From Candidatus Latescibacterota bacterium (lineage in GTDB: Bacteria > Krumholzibacteriota > Krumholzibacteriia > WVZY01), in contig CAWBQK010000013.1 of NCBI GenBank assembly GCA_963791045.1, positions 32,001-96,000 of the forward strand: a DNA stretch of 64,000 nt, read 5' to 3'. This document shows, piece after piece, positions 19,592 to 30,300 of this stretch. The stretch's first letter is position 1; each line of letters starts with the position of its first letter. The notes beneath the pieces were generated by a model. It was not told where the DNA came from. It made no database searches and was given only the letters and a program-made list of their open reading frames with translations. Position numbers and translations under genes: made by a program.

Positions 19592-20686
19592 CTAAATACT
19601 TTCCACAGGATACCGTGTCATGATCTTGTCCGCCACATCCAAAAATGCTTTTGAAATCGGCGAGTCACCGTCCGACTTGACTATCGGCACCCCTCTATCG
19701 CCGTCCGCCCGCACCTTCGGGTCCAGAGGGATCTTGCCGAGCAGCGGCGTCGACGTTTTTGCGGCGATGGCCTCACCGCCGTCTTTGTCGAAAATATCTG
19801 TCTTCTCGCCGCAGTGCGGACAGACGAACGTGCTCATATTCTCGACGATTCCGATGACGGGCGCCTTGACCTCTTTAAACATTCTCAAACCCTTTTCCGC
19901 GTCAACGAGCGCGATCTGTGACGGCGTGGTCACGATGATCGCTCCGGTGAGCGGCACCGTCTGCACGAGGGTAAGCTGCGCGTCACCCGTGCCCGGCGGG
20001 AGATCGATCATCAAATAATCGAGCTCTCCCCACTCGACTTCCTCAAGAAATTTCTTCACGACGCCCATCACGATCGGGCCGCGCCAGATGACCGGCGTGT
20101 TTGGATCGGTCAGGAACCCCAGCGACATCAACCTGAGACCATCCTGTTCGACGGGGGCGATTTCCTTTGTCGTCCCCGCGGTCGGCCGATCGGTGACGCC
20201 GAGAAGAATGTGCAGGCTCGGGCCGTAAATGTCGGCGTCGAGAAGGCCAACCTTCGCGCCGCGCTGCTGGAGCGCGAGGGCAAGATTAACGCATACCGTC
20301 GACTTGCCGACGCCGCCTTTGCCACTCGCGACGGCGATGATATTCTTCACACCCGGAATCGGGGCCTGGCCGTCAAATGGATTTCCCGACGGCGGCGGGG
20401 TTTGTGCGTGCTGGTGTGTCTGACCCTCGGCGCCGTCGACAACCTGCGGGCCTTGCATGACAATCTGAACGTCGAGCACACCCTTCGTCTTGGCGAGAAC
20501 GTCGAAGCATTCATCCTCGATCCTGAGCTTCTCGTCCTTATCCCGGGTGGCGAGGAAAATGGTCACTTTTACCCGGCCGTTATCGATTTCAACATCTTGA
20601 ATTCTATTGTTCGTAACGAGGTCGCCGTCACCCTCGACGTCCTTAATCCCACGAAGCGCTTCGATAATTGTTTCTCTCTCCAGCAT
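19592..20686 (-). CDS. mrp: Mrp/ApbC/NBP35 Fe-S cluster carrier ATPase
   Basis: SGKGGVGKST, DADIYGPS, WRGP, DLPPGTGD, ENMS..CPHC; N-terminal DUF59-like domain. Confidence 0.93.
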   Translation of the reverse strand: MLERETIIEALRGIKDVEGDGDLVTNNRIQDVEIDNGRVKVTIFLATRDKDEKLRIEDECFDVLAKTKGVLDVQIVMQGPQVVDGAEGQTHQHAQTPPPSGNPFDGQAPIPGVKNIIAVASGKGGVGKSTVCVNLALALQQRGAKVGLLDADIYGPSLHILLGVTDRPTAGTTKEIAPVEQDGLRLMSLGFLTDPNTPVIWRGPIVMGVVKKFLEEVEWGELDYLMIDLPPGTGDAQLTLVQTVPLTGAIIVTTPSQIALVDAEKGLRMFKEVKAPVIGIVENMSTFVCPHCGEKTDIFDKDGGEAIAAKTSTPLLGKIPLDPKVRADGDRGVPIVKSDGDSPISKAFLDVADKIMTRYPVESI

Positions 20687-20827
20687 GCTTCTTCTTCCTC
20701 CCTTAATTCGATCGATCGGCCCGGAAGGGTCGATTGGTGGTTGTCTTGTTCGAGTGATTTGGCACCGGGTCACGCGCGGGGAGGGCCCGGATCTTGCATT
20801 CTTGAAAACCTGCGGCAAGTAAATCAC

Positions 20828-20846
20828 TTATGGCGTGACGCCATAA
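20828..20846. promoter_or_regulatory. Perfect palindrome, putative operator
   Basis: TTATGGCGT-G-ACGCCATAA in the divergent mrp / CARDB intergenic region. Confidence 0.45.
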
Positions 20847-21101
20847 TATAAACCAAAGCAGCAAAGTTCGCAATCTGATTGAGGCGGTCCGAATTTCCCG
20901 CCCCGGGTGTCGTTTCGCGGGCGTGAACGCCGGGCCCGAACCTCAAGGTATTTCAAGTTCTTACGAGTTTTTCTCGTTCTCGCGGACCCCATCGGCACGC
21001 GGGATTTGGCGCCGGTGGTGTGGCTCCGAGAAATGTGCCGGAGATCGTCCTGCGGCGGCCCGGTTTTTCGATGCGTTTATCGCCAATCCAGGAGTCGAAT
21101 C

Positions 21102-21836
21102 ATGAACAGTTTTCAGCCGCTCCTGTGCCTCGTATCCGTGGCGTTGATGGCCGTTTTTTTGCCGATATGTCCCGCTCTCGCCCAGCCGGATCTCGCCGTC
21201 TGGGCGGATGACATCACTATCGTCAAAAGCTCGACCTACAATCTGACGTACGTCACGGTGACCGTTCACAATGACGGCAGTTCCCAGTCCGATGCTTCCG
21301 CGCTGCGGATCGGCGTGTCGGAGGTTGGAATGGGGCAGGTAGAGGATTTTGAAATTCCCTCAATTCCGGCGGGCCATTCGGAAACGAGGATGGCGACCTT
21401 TGCGGGAATCGCGTGGACACACTCATGGGGGAATGCCGACCTCAACGAAGTTGTGTCGGAAACCGACGAGTCGAACAACTGTTCCAACCAGAGCGACAAC
21501 TGGATCGCGTTGGGCCCGGGGATGAACCACGACCAGTTTATCGGTGTGGTCAATCCGGGACTCCAGTCCGAAACCGTTTCATTGGACGTTGTCGTTCCGG
21601 AAGGATGGGTCATAACCGTCAATCCGCCGTCGATGATCCTGGCGCCCGGCGAGTACCGCGGTGTTGTCGTTCATTTCGAAGCGCCGGATGATTTCAAGAG
21701 CTACTCTTGTGTCGAGGTGGAATGTTCGTTCCTGGATGGGACTCCCGGTCTTCTCACGTGGGAGTTTCATATCGAATCCACGGTGCCCGTAAAAATCACC
21801 ACGTGGGGCATGATGAAATCAATGTTCAGTCGCTGA
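21102..21836 (+). CDS. Secreted CARDB-domain protein with C-terminal TTWGxxK motif
   Basis: GGAG RBS, signal peptide, QPDLAV...VTVHNDG...DLNEVVSETDESNN; ends VPVKITTWGMMKSMFSR. Confidence 0.75.
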   Translation: MNSFQPLLCLVSVALMAVFLPICPALAQPDLAVWADDITIVKSSTYNLTYVTVTVHNDGSSQSDASALRIGVSEVGMGQVEDFEIPSIPAGHSETRMATFAGIAWTHSWGNADLNEVVSETDESNNCSNQSDNWIALGPGMNHDQFIGVVNPGLQSETVSLDVVVPEGWVITVNPPSMILAPGEYRGVVVHFEAPDDFKSYSCVEVECSFLDGTPGLLTWEFHIESTVPVKITTWGMMKSMFSR

Positions 21837-21940
21837 GCCGCTGAGTCGAGCTCGTGTCATTCGTTCAGCGCCGGCGCCGTTCGGACCTTTTGTCGCTTGC
21901 AATTCAACGGCGTCTTGCAACGGCAACCGTCAACGACGCC

Positions 21941-22462
21941 CTACAGCGATGCGGCCCGTATAAGTTCGGTGATTCTCGAGAGATGGTGATCGTCATGCTC
22001 AGCGGCGAAAAACGCGAGGTCAATGACCCGCATCGTGGCATCCAGCCGCGGATGATGCGCCGGTCTCACCACCATCGCCTCGTCATAGCTCTCCAAACGC
22101 TGGACGAAATCCCCGCGTTCCGTGCGAAACGCCGCGAGTATATCCTCTATTGATTTTGAATTGTGCTCCGCCGCTTTGCTACGTGCATTGCTCATGTCGG
22201 CCGGGGTCAACTCGTCCAAACCTTTTTCGAAATCATCCAGTCTGTTCCGCCACAGCTCTTCCACGTCGGCGAGATGACCGGCGTTTTCCTGTATCGACCA
22301 GCCGTCGTGCAGTCTCCGCGTCAACACCTCGGGGCCAACGTACTTTATGCGGTCTTCCAGCCTTGCGGGTGTTCCGCGCAGCCGCTCCACAATATTTGGA
22401 AACATCCATACCGGTAGATCGAAGACGAAACGCCTTTTGATCCACGCTTCTCTCTTTACCAT
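21941..22462 (-). CDS. DinB/YfiT-like four-helix metalloprotein
   Basis: ERLRGTPARL, WSIQENAGHLADVE, HPRL, AEHDDHHL. Confidence 0.85.
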   Translation of the reverse strand: MVKREAWIKRRFVFDLPVWMFPNIVERLRGTPARLEDRIKYVGPEVLTRRLHDGWSIQENAGHLADVEELWRNRLDDFEKGLDELTPADMSNARSKAAEHNSKSIEDILAAFRTERGDFVQRLESYDEAMVVRPAHHPRLDATMRVIDLAFFAAEHDDHHLSRITELIRAASL

Positions 22463-22927
22463 CGGACACCTCTCTTTTTTGTCGGGCGTGGCAACGAGTA
22501 AGCATACATGAAATACACGCGCTCGACAACCGATTGTGCGCGGCTGCCTGGGTGGATTCGTTGTCGTATGCGCGATGTGGCGAGGTGTTTCTTTTTGTTC
22601 GGCGGTATTGTTCGTCATAGCGCGATGTCACACCGCTGCTTACGATCACACATGCGTTATGTTTTTTCGTTGTGCGCGACATGTCCGTATTCGTGTCACC
22701 CAGAAAGCGTGAGCGTCATGACAGCCATCGAAACTTTTTTGTTTTTGTTTTAATTTTTTCTTGACGGCTTTTTGAACGCATCTTTTTGCGGGCTGCAATC
22801 GTGTCGTGTTTTTGTGTTGCGCGCCTGTCTATGCGTGATGTCGGCGTCTTGATTTTATCGAGACGTTTTTGTTTTGTCGGGTCGTGTTATGCGTTGTCGC
22901 GCGTCGTGCGAACGCCAAAAACCCTCG

Positions 22928-22936
22928 TGTTATAAT
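22928..22936 (+). promoter_or_regulatory. Extended -10 promoter for the HNH gene
   Basis: TGT-TATAAT followed by GGGAGG RBS at 22951. Confidence 0.6.
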
Positions 22937-22959
22937 ACTAGTGTAACCATGGGAGGTTG

Positions 22960-24301
22960 ATGATGATCGCACGTGAACAACTTCGTCTCAAGAAGCTCTC
23001 CGACAAGACACTCCTCCAGTCGCTCGACTCCCTCGTCGGAAAAGAAAAGAACTCGACCCTCGCCGTTCTTCTTCATCTGATCGAACTCGATCGCCGGCGA
23101 ACGTATCTCAATCTTGGATTCCGTTCGCTCTTCGAGTACTGCACCCAGCATCTCAAGTACTCTTCCTCCTCAGCGGGGCGCCGTATCCATACGGCACGGT
23201 GCGTCGCTCGTTTTCCCGAGATCTACGAACTTCTCGTCAAAGGATCGGTAAACCTGAGCACCGTCTCGCAGGTCTCGGCGATTCTGAACGAGAGAAACAA
23301 GGATGAACTTCTCAAGGGGATCCAGGGCAAGTCGCAGCGTCAGGTCGAGCGTTTAATTTCGGTATTTCAGCCACCGTCGGCGTATCGCGATACGGTGAAG
23401 CCTGTTCGAGTGGCCGTCGCGGCGAAACCACTGGAGGCCTCGGCGACTCACAGAACCACGGCAGAGCCTGGATTGGCCATCGACCCGGCCGGGGCCCAAA
23501 ACTGGACATCTTTGTCCAATTCCTCCCGCAGCGGGAGTAAACCGATTAATGGGTATATGGCGCAATCATCTGCAGGGGAACAAGATAAGACCCAGAATGA
23601 CAATGGGACAGGGGATTCTGGGGCGAAAAGCTGTTACGAACAGAAGCTTCTGATCCGGTTTTTGGCGAGTTGTGGCTTCAAGAAGAAGTACGACGAGGCC
23701 TGCTCATTCCTGTCAAACCGTTTGCCCAATCAAACCTTTGAGACGGTCTTCGAGGCCGTACTTAGATGAGTTCATCGATCGTCACAGCCCGGAGGCGCGC
23801 CACAAACGACGGGAGAAACGCCGGACCAAGAAGCTCGAAAAACCAAAAGAGATTCGATGCGCCGGAACCGGGGCCAACGGAAAGATCGGCGAAGGCAAAC
23901 GCCGAACCGAGAAGCAGAAGCCCACGGGAAAAGGAGGGGCTGTCGGGAACGAACGACGAACTGAGAAGCGGCAGCCCGCTATTGCTCGTATGGGCGCCGA
24001 AAACAAACGCGCGCGACACATCCCTGCGGCCGTACGAGACAACGTGTTCAAACGCGACGGTGGGAAGTGCACGTTCATCGGCAAAGATAACAAACGCTGC
24101 AACTCAACTTGGGGGCTCGAGATCGACCACGTCAAGCCGTTCGCAAAGGGCGGCGGAAATACCAAAGACAACCTGAGGCTTCTGTGCGGGAGACACAACC
24201 GGCTGGCCGCGGAGAAGGTTTACGGCAAAGAATTCATGGAAGGCCACTATGTCGAGACACGGAGGTTGAATATTGTTGAGGGAGACGTGTACTCTAGCTA
24301 A
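22960..24301 (+). pseudogene. DUF222-like domain plus C-terminal HNH endonuclease, +1 frameshift at about 23764
   Basis: LIELDRRRTYL.LGFRSLFEYC...YSSSSAGRRI; C-terminal RHIPAAVRDNVFKRDGGKC...LEIDHVKPFAKGG...NLRLLCGRHN. Removing one A in CTTAGATGAG gives continuous FEAVLDEFIDRHSPE. Confidence 0.8.
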
Positions 24302-24385
24302 AGCGCGCGGAGCGGCCGACGGCGAGTCCCGGAACGGCGGCGACCAAGTAGTCTAACGCGAACAACAACAAGGAGTTATAAAACA

Positions 24386-24595
24386 ATGCATGGCCTGCAG
24401 TACAGATGTGTGAAGTGCAAGAACGACAAGTGCGACGTCGGCGAGTTCAGGGCGACGGGCGGATTTCTCACAAAGATTTTCGATATCCAGTCCAAGAGAT
24501 TCTCGACGGTAACCTGCACGCGCTGTAAGTACACGGAAATCTTCAAGACCGACAGCAGCATGCTCGGTAACGTTTTTGATTTCTTCACGGATTAA
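24386..24595 (+). CDS. Zinc-ribbon nucleic-acid-binding protein (DUF2082-like)
   Basis: CVKC...GGFLTKIFDIQ...CTRCKYTE; AGGAG RBS. Confidence 0.85.
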   Translation: MHGLQYRCVKCKNDKCDVGEFRATGGFLTKIFDIQSKRFSTVTCTRCKYTEIFKTDSSMLGNVFDFFTD

Positions 24596-25198
24596 TCAGG
24601 GTCGTTCGAGATACTTCCCTGACTCAATGTAAGGTTTGAGTTGTTCGACGAGGAAATGGGTCCAGACCTTGTCGACGGTTTCGGGCCATCCCTCTTTGAC
24701 ATTCCCCGATGCATCCACGGTAAGTTTGACGACGCATGCGGCGGCTCCGCCCGCGGTTTCCGGCGACACGGGCAACGACACCTGCTGTTCGATGGTGAAC
24801 CCTGAGGGCGTGGACTGGACGACCTTCGCCTCGGCATGGCCAACGCCCACCGCGGAGAGCCCGCCAAACCCGATCAACCCGAAGACAACCACCGGGAACA
24901 CCCGTCGCGTCCATCCGAAGAGAAACCGAATCATTGCTTTCTCCTTCTTCCAGAAGAAGCCAAACTGCCCGAGGAGCGTCCCATAAGACAGCAGGCAAAT
25001 CTGATAGAGGGGAAATATGATAGCCAGGTAGGTCACCCACCAGACCCACGTGGGGGCATCCGGCGGCAAAACGTAACCGAGCACCAGCTTTCTCAGCCGG
25101 ACAACGGTCATTCCCGCAAGCGAGAAAGCGGTCAAAATGGCGATAACGCCCCAGACTCCGACGCCCCAACGGGCCTTCATACGCGCGATAAATGCCAT
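24596..25198 (-). CDS. DUF6787-like membrane protein fused to an internally deleted, signal-bearing SRPBCC-like domain
   Basis: RMKARWGV...AFSLAG...PLYQICLLSYGTLLGQFGFFWKKEK, then a second hydrophobic signal, GFTIEQQVSLP and VDKVWTHFL. Confidence 0.55.
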   Translation of the reverse strand: MAFIARMKARWGVGVWGVIAILTAFSLAGMTVVRLRKLVLGYVLPPDAPTWVWWVTYLAIIFPLYQICLLSYGTLLGQFGFFWKKEKAMIRFLFGWTRRVFPVVVFGLIGFGGLSAVGVGHAEAKVVQSTPSGFTIEQQVSLPVSPETAGGAAACVVKLTVDASGNVKEGWPETVDKVWTHFLVEQLKPYIESGKYLERP

Positions 25199-25488
25199 AG
25201 TTGTGTTTTCTTCCAGCGTGTGCAAAAATGTGCAAATCAGAATTGTGGCGAATGCGGCACGGCCACCATGCAGCGATCGCCGGTAATTGAGTGGTGAATG
25301 CTGGAAGTTAATAATCGACGGTGCGATAGTCAAATTATTGATGCCTGAATCGCACCGTGTTCGCGGAGTTTGCGGCGCCACGGGCGGCCCGGCATCAGAT
25401 TCGACGACGGGTCAACTAGAAGTCGAGCGACCGCCCCGGCCGCTCGAACAAGCCTTTTGGGGCCGGATTTCAACCCGGAATTATAACT

Positions 25489-26607
25489 ATGAATATTTTT
25501 GAAACGATATCTGGATTTCTGACCGGCAAGGAACTTCTTGGAATCACCCTCGGCAGTTACGGACTGGCATTCCTCGCGATCCTGCTGTCCGTGATTCTCC
25601 GGAGGGTGTTCAGTACGATCGTCGTTCGGATGATCCAGCGCTTCACGAAACGAACCGCGACCAAACTTGACGACATGATCGTGAATGCCATCGCACAACC
25701 GTTGGGTTTCGCGTTCGCAATTGCCGGGTTGTATGCGGCGGCAATAATTCTCCGTCTGCCGAACGAACCGGTGGACGTCAACAGGATCGCCTTTTCGATC
25801 CTCGGAATTCTGATTGTGATTGATCTCACATGGCTCTTTTTTCGCCTGGTCGACGCCATGGGCACATATTTCGCCGAAGCGGCCAAACGGACTGAGTCGA
25901 CGCTGGACGATCAGCTGATCCCGATCATCCGCAAATCGCTCAAGGTCTTCATCGGAGTCCTCGCGTTTGTCTTCGCCGTTCAAAACCTCGGCTACTCGGT
26001 GGCCAGCCTTCTCGCCGGCCTTGGAATTGGCGGGCTCGCGCTCGCGCTCGCCGCGAAAGACACGCTGTCGAACTTCTTCGGTTCGATCGTCATCCTTCTC
26101 GATCGTCCGTTCGCCGTCGGCGACTGGATCGAGACGGGCGGACAGGAAGGCGTCGTCGAAGAAATCGGTTTCCGTTCGACACGGATTCGCACGTTCGGCA
26201 AAACCGAGTTGTCGATACCGAATAACAACCTTGCGAACGCCGTAATCAACAACTGGTCGAGGATGCCCATCCGGCGCGTGAAGATGACTCTGGGAGTAAC
26301 ATACCAATCATCGGCCGATCAGATGGAAAACGCCGTCGAGGCGATCCGTAAGCTTCTGCGCGAACATCCGGATGTTTACCAGGATTTCTTCCTGGTGAAC
26401 TTCACCGAGTTTGGATCGAGCTCGTTGGATATTTTCGTCTACTATTTTACGACGACAACCGTGTGGGCGGAGTACCTGCGGATCCGGCAGGAAATCAACG
26501 TGGGCATGATGCGGTTGCTGGAAGGAATGGGTTTGGAGGTCGCTTTCCCGTCGCGGACTGTTTATCTCAAGAACGAACCTGAGTTTGAACCGCCAACCTC
26601 TCCCTAG
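25489..26607 (+). CDS. Small-conductance mechanosensitive channel (MscS/YnaI family)
   Basis: LAGLGIGGLALALAAKDTLSNFFG, DRPFAVGDWI, GFRSTRIRT, IPNN, AFPSRT. Confidence 0.93.
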   Translation: MNIFETISGFLTGKELLGITLGSYGLAFLAILLSVILRRVFSTIVVRMIQRFTKRTATKLDDMIVNAIAQPLGFAFAIAGLYAAAIILRLPNEPVDVNRIAFSILGILIVIDLTWLFFRLVDAMGTYFAEAAKRTESTLDDQLIPIIRKSLKVFIGVLAFVFAVQNLGYSVASLLAGLGIGGLALALAAKDTLSNFFGSIVILLDRPFAVGDWIETGGQEGVVEEIGFRSTRIRTFGKTELSIPNNNLANAVINNWSRMPIRRVKMTLGVTYQSSADQMENAVEAIRKLLREHPDVYQDFFLVNFTEFGSSSLDIFVYYFTTTTVWAEYLRIRQEINVGMMRLLEGMGLEVAFPSRTVYLKNEPEFEPPTSP

Positions 26608-26759
26608 AGCCGGCCACGCCGGCGGCGGAAGCGGCGGTGCGCACCACGCGCACGCCGCGCCCATCAAGACCTGCGCTCATGGAGCGCCCTCGTGGCACAC
26701 CACATACACCCCGTGCGGGGTCAAAACCAGCGCGACGCGGGGTCACGGCAAAAACAGCA

Positions 26760-27191
26760 TCAACCACCCCGAATATAGCTTTCGAGCTGATCGATGATGA
26801 ACTCTTGTTTGGAAACGATCGCTTTGATGCAGTCGCCGATCGAAACGATTCCAACAAGCCGCCCGTCATCAATGACGGGAAGGTGACGGATTCTCTTGTC
26901 GGTCATCAGCGCCATGCACTCATCCATCGTTCGATCCGGCGAGACGACACATACGTTGTCCGTCATAATGTCACGACAAGATGTGTCCTCGGCAGATCGG
27001 CCTTCAAGGGTGACCTTACGGGCGTAATCCCTTTCGGACATTATCCCGGACAGCTCTGTTCCCTCCTTGACCACGAGCGCACCGATTCCTTTTTCCGCCA
27101 TGATCTTGATCGCCTCAAAAACAGACGCACTGGGAGCGATTGTGACGACGACCCCGCCCTTGCTTTCAAGAAGTTCGCGGACTGTTATCAT
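26760..27191 (-). CDS. Tandem CBS domain protein
   Basis: GIGALVV, SERDYARKV, RIRHLPV, SIGD. Confidence 0.92.
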   Translation of the reverse strand: MITVRELLESKGGVVVTIAPSASVFEAIKIMAEKGIGALVVKEGTELSGIMSERDYARKVTLEGRSAEDTSCRDIMTDNVCVVSPDRTMDECMALMTDKRIRHLPVIDDGRLVGIVSIGDCIKAIVSKQEFIIDQLESYIRGG

Positions 27192-27330
27192 ATGAATTCC
27201 CTTTCTGATTCAATCGAGAAAATATCAATCGGCATAGATCTCATACCAATTGTGTATAGCAATAATAAAGTATGTTTTGGTAACGAGTTCAAGCGGCAAG
27301 GAGACTTTTGGCGCGTTGCGGGTGAGTTCT

Positions 27331-30300
27331 TTATTTCACAATCACCCTGTATACCAGCTCGCCCGTCTCCCCAGGCGCTAGAACATAAGCTGAATTTCTG
27401 GAGAAAGTGACGCGAAGGAGCCGCTCGCTCACACTGTACTCGCATTCGTCACCGTCGGCCGGGTCGAGAGTGAGATATTCGACGGGCGCGGCATCTTTGT
27501 GCCACTCGACATCGAGACCCGCGCCAAAAGCGTCGCTCATGGGATCGACGAACGCTGAAACAGCATCGAGTATGAGAACACTCTGGACACTGTCCGCGCC
27601 GGTGTTTGTGTAGGAAATGGTGTAGGTCAAAACATCGCCCGGTTGCGCTTCGTCCAGGTCCACCTGTTTTTGCAGGACGAGCAACCCGACGGTTCCGTCG
27701 ACAACGAGCACGGCATCCGCCGCCTGCGCGGTCGCGACGAGCGGGGTACCTCCGATTGACTGCACCGCGTCGATCAACACCTGATGGGTCGTGCCCGGCG
27801 TCGATGACGTCGGAACAAAAACGCGGAGGAACAAATTCACGTGATCGCGGCCGGCGGTCGGATCCATGTCGAGGTCACCCGGCTGCAACGCGCGATCGGC
27901 GCCATCGAACACACCGTTCCCATTTTCGTCGAGGAGGAACATCGTAACCACGCCGGAGTCCGCCGCGGCGGATAGCACAACGGCTCCGCTCGTCCCCGCG
28001 TCCAGCCGGTGCGGGAAGTCGACATACGACCCCGCGACACCGTTCAGCACGGCGCCGGTAGACAAACGAATTCCAAGAACATCGGCAAAGTTCACAGTCA
28101 GGGTATCCCCCGCGTCGACGGTAGCCGGACCCACCGTATCGGGCGAAATCGAAACGAAACCGGGGAGATTTTGTTCAAACAACGTGATCGGCGCACCGCC
28201 GCCGTTGACAAAGGTAAACCGGCCGTCGCCGCCCGTGACCAGAGTCAACCCGCTGTTGTTCTCGACAACCGTCACCCCACCGATGCCGGCTTCGCCCGGA
28301 TCATAAATGCCGTCGTGATTTTCATCGTCGAACACGATACCCGTCACGACCGCACCCGTCTGCGTCACCAGTCTCACGCTCTCCGGTGAGTTCGGCGGCA
28401 ACGACGAATACGCATTGATGATCGAAGGAAACACTCCCGCCACCGCCGTCACGGGCACCTGAACATCAACAGTAAAATTCAAGGACCCACCCGCGCCGAT
28501 CATGGTCGTCCAGAACGGACCGCTGTAGCTTGCAAAACCGTCACTGAGAACAACGCTCCCCGCGGGCCATCCCGCCGGAAGCTCCCAGTACACGTAAAAC
28601 GAATCGGCAAAGCTTCCAACATTCCGGGCTTCGAGAAGAGCTGAGTAACTCCCGCCGGCATTTGCCGGACGAATGGATTGACCGCCGTCTCCGGTGCCGA
28701 GTTCGCCAAAGATTCCCGACCCGCTGCCGTCGATGATGAGATCGATTCTCGGAGGACCGACCACGGTTATTCTTGCCTCGACGCTTTCGACCACGGTGGG
28801 ATCCGAGTCGGCGACAACGTCGATCACATAAGAGTAGTCGCCGGGGAACGCACCCGAGGGAAGAACAACCTCGAACGTATACAACCCAGTGGCGCCGGCG
28901 GGAATCAAACCGGTCGTGTACGGCGTCGAGCTCGAATTGAGCGCGGCATTCCAGAAGGGAATGTCGTTCCACGTAACCGTGTATTGATCCGGGTCGCCCC
29001 CTTCGTTCTGAAGCTCGAGCGTAAAGTTCAAAACCGACGGCGCCGCCTGCGTCTGAAGCGACAGCCCACCGCCCCCGCTGCCCAACAAACCGAAAACGCC
29101 ATCCCCGTTTCCATCGATCACCGCATCGACAACCGTCACCGGATACACCTGAAGCCGGCCCAACACGCTGTCCATGTAGTATCTGCGATCTGATTTCTCC
29201 GCATCGACGATAATGTCGACCAGACCACCCGTCGCGTCGAGGGGCACTACGGCCTTGAGCTCGTATACGCCTTCGGGATAACCGGCAACGGGCGATGTGC
29301 GGTTATCGAACGTCACGCGCCAACCCGGCGGCGTGTTCCACGAAATGTCGGCCGCGTCCGCGCCGCTTGGATGCAAAAGTTCCACGATGAATGTAACGGA
29401 GTCGCCCGGCGCTACGGTCCGAAGCGAGTTGCCGCCAAGCCCCGTTCCGACCGGCCCAAAAACGCCCTCACCGGACCCATCGATAATCATGTCAACCTGG
29501 CCCTCTTCGGTGATGCTCACCGCGGCCGTGACACTTTCCGACACGCGCGAATCCACGCCCGACTCCGCATGAAGGAATGAACTCCATGTCCCGTTCTTCG
29601 CATTGCCGGGAACGATAATCTTGAGTTCGACACTAAGCTCCCCGTGCGCGGGAATAGTCGCCGTCGTGTATGGGAAGGAGTAATCGACACCGCCGACAAC
29701 AAGGACGGCTTTCCAGTTACCCGTCGGACGATCCCACGTCAGGGTGAAAGCATCGCTCACGCCCGCCTCATTCTGGATCGTTACGGGAAATACAACTTCT
29801 GTGCTTTTCTGGCTGACACTCGAACTCGAACCACCCAATCCCGACTGGGTGTCGTCATAGATACCGTCGCCGTTCGAACCGACGATCATGTCCACTCGCG
29901 GCGCATCGAGTCTCAGTGTGGCTTCGATCGAGTCATTCTTCAACGGGTCCTGGATCACGGCGGCGGCGACAATTGTCGAGTAATCGCCACCCGTCTCCGG
30001 GCTGGGCACAGTGACTTCGAGCGTCATCACGGCAGTCGCGCCGGCGGCCACAATCTGTGTGGTAAACGGCGACGAATAGGTCGCGCCCGCATAAACGATT
30101 TCCGAAACCGCGCCGGGGTCGGCCGCCCAGGTCACATCAAAAGTGGCCGGCGCCATTCCCGTATTCCTCAACTCGATCGCATAGCTCACCGTGTTGTTCC
30201 ACACGTCGGTTTGTATCGAGAATCCGCCCGCGCCGTCATCACCAACCACACCAAACCCGTTCCCCTCGACGGCCATATCGGCGCCATAAGTGGCGAGCAG

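Noticed and set aside
21941-22462. dinB DNA polymerase IV
   Set aside because: 173-aa His-triad DinB/YfiT fold, unrelated to Y-family polymerases
22500-22920. CRISPR array or regular tandem array
   Set aside because: Recurring words are short, degenerate and irregularly spaced; no cas genes in the window
23755-23770. Programmed ribosomal frameshift in the HNH gene
   Set aside because: No recognisable slippery heptamer or stimulatory structure; a single extra A explains it
24331-24356. RpoE-type promoter GGAAC...GTCTAA before the Zn-ribbon gene
   Set aside because: Spacer about 2 nt too short; weak support
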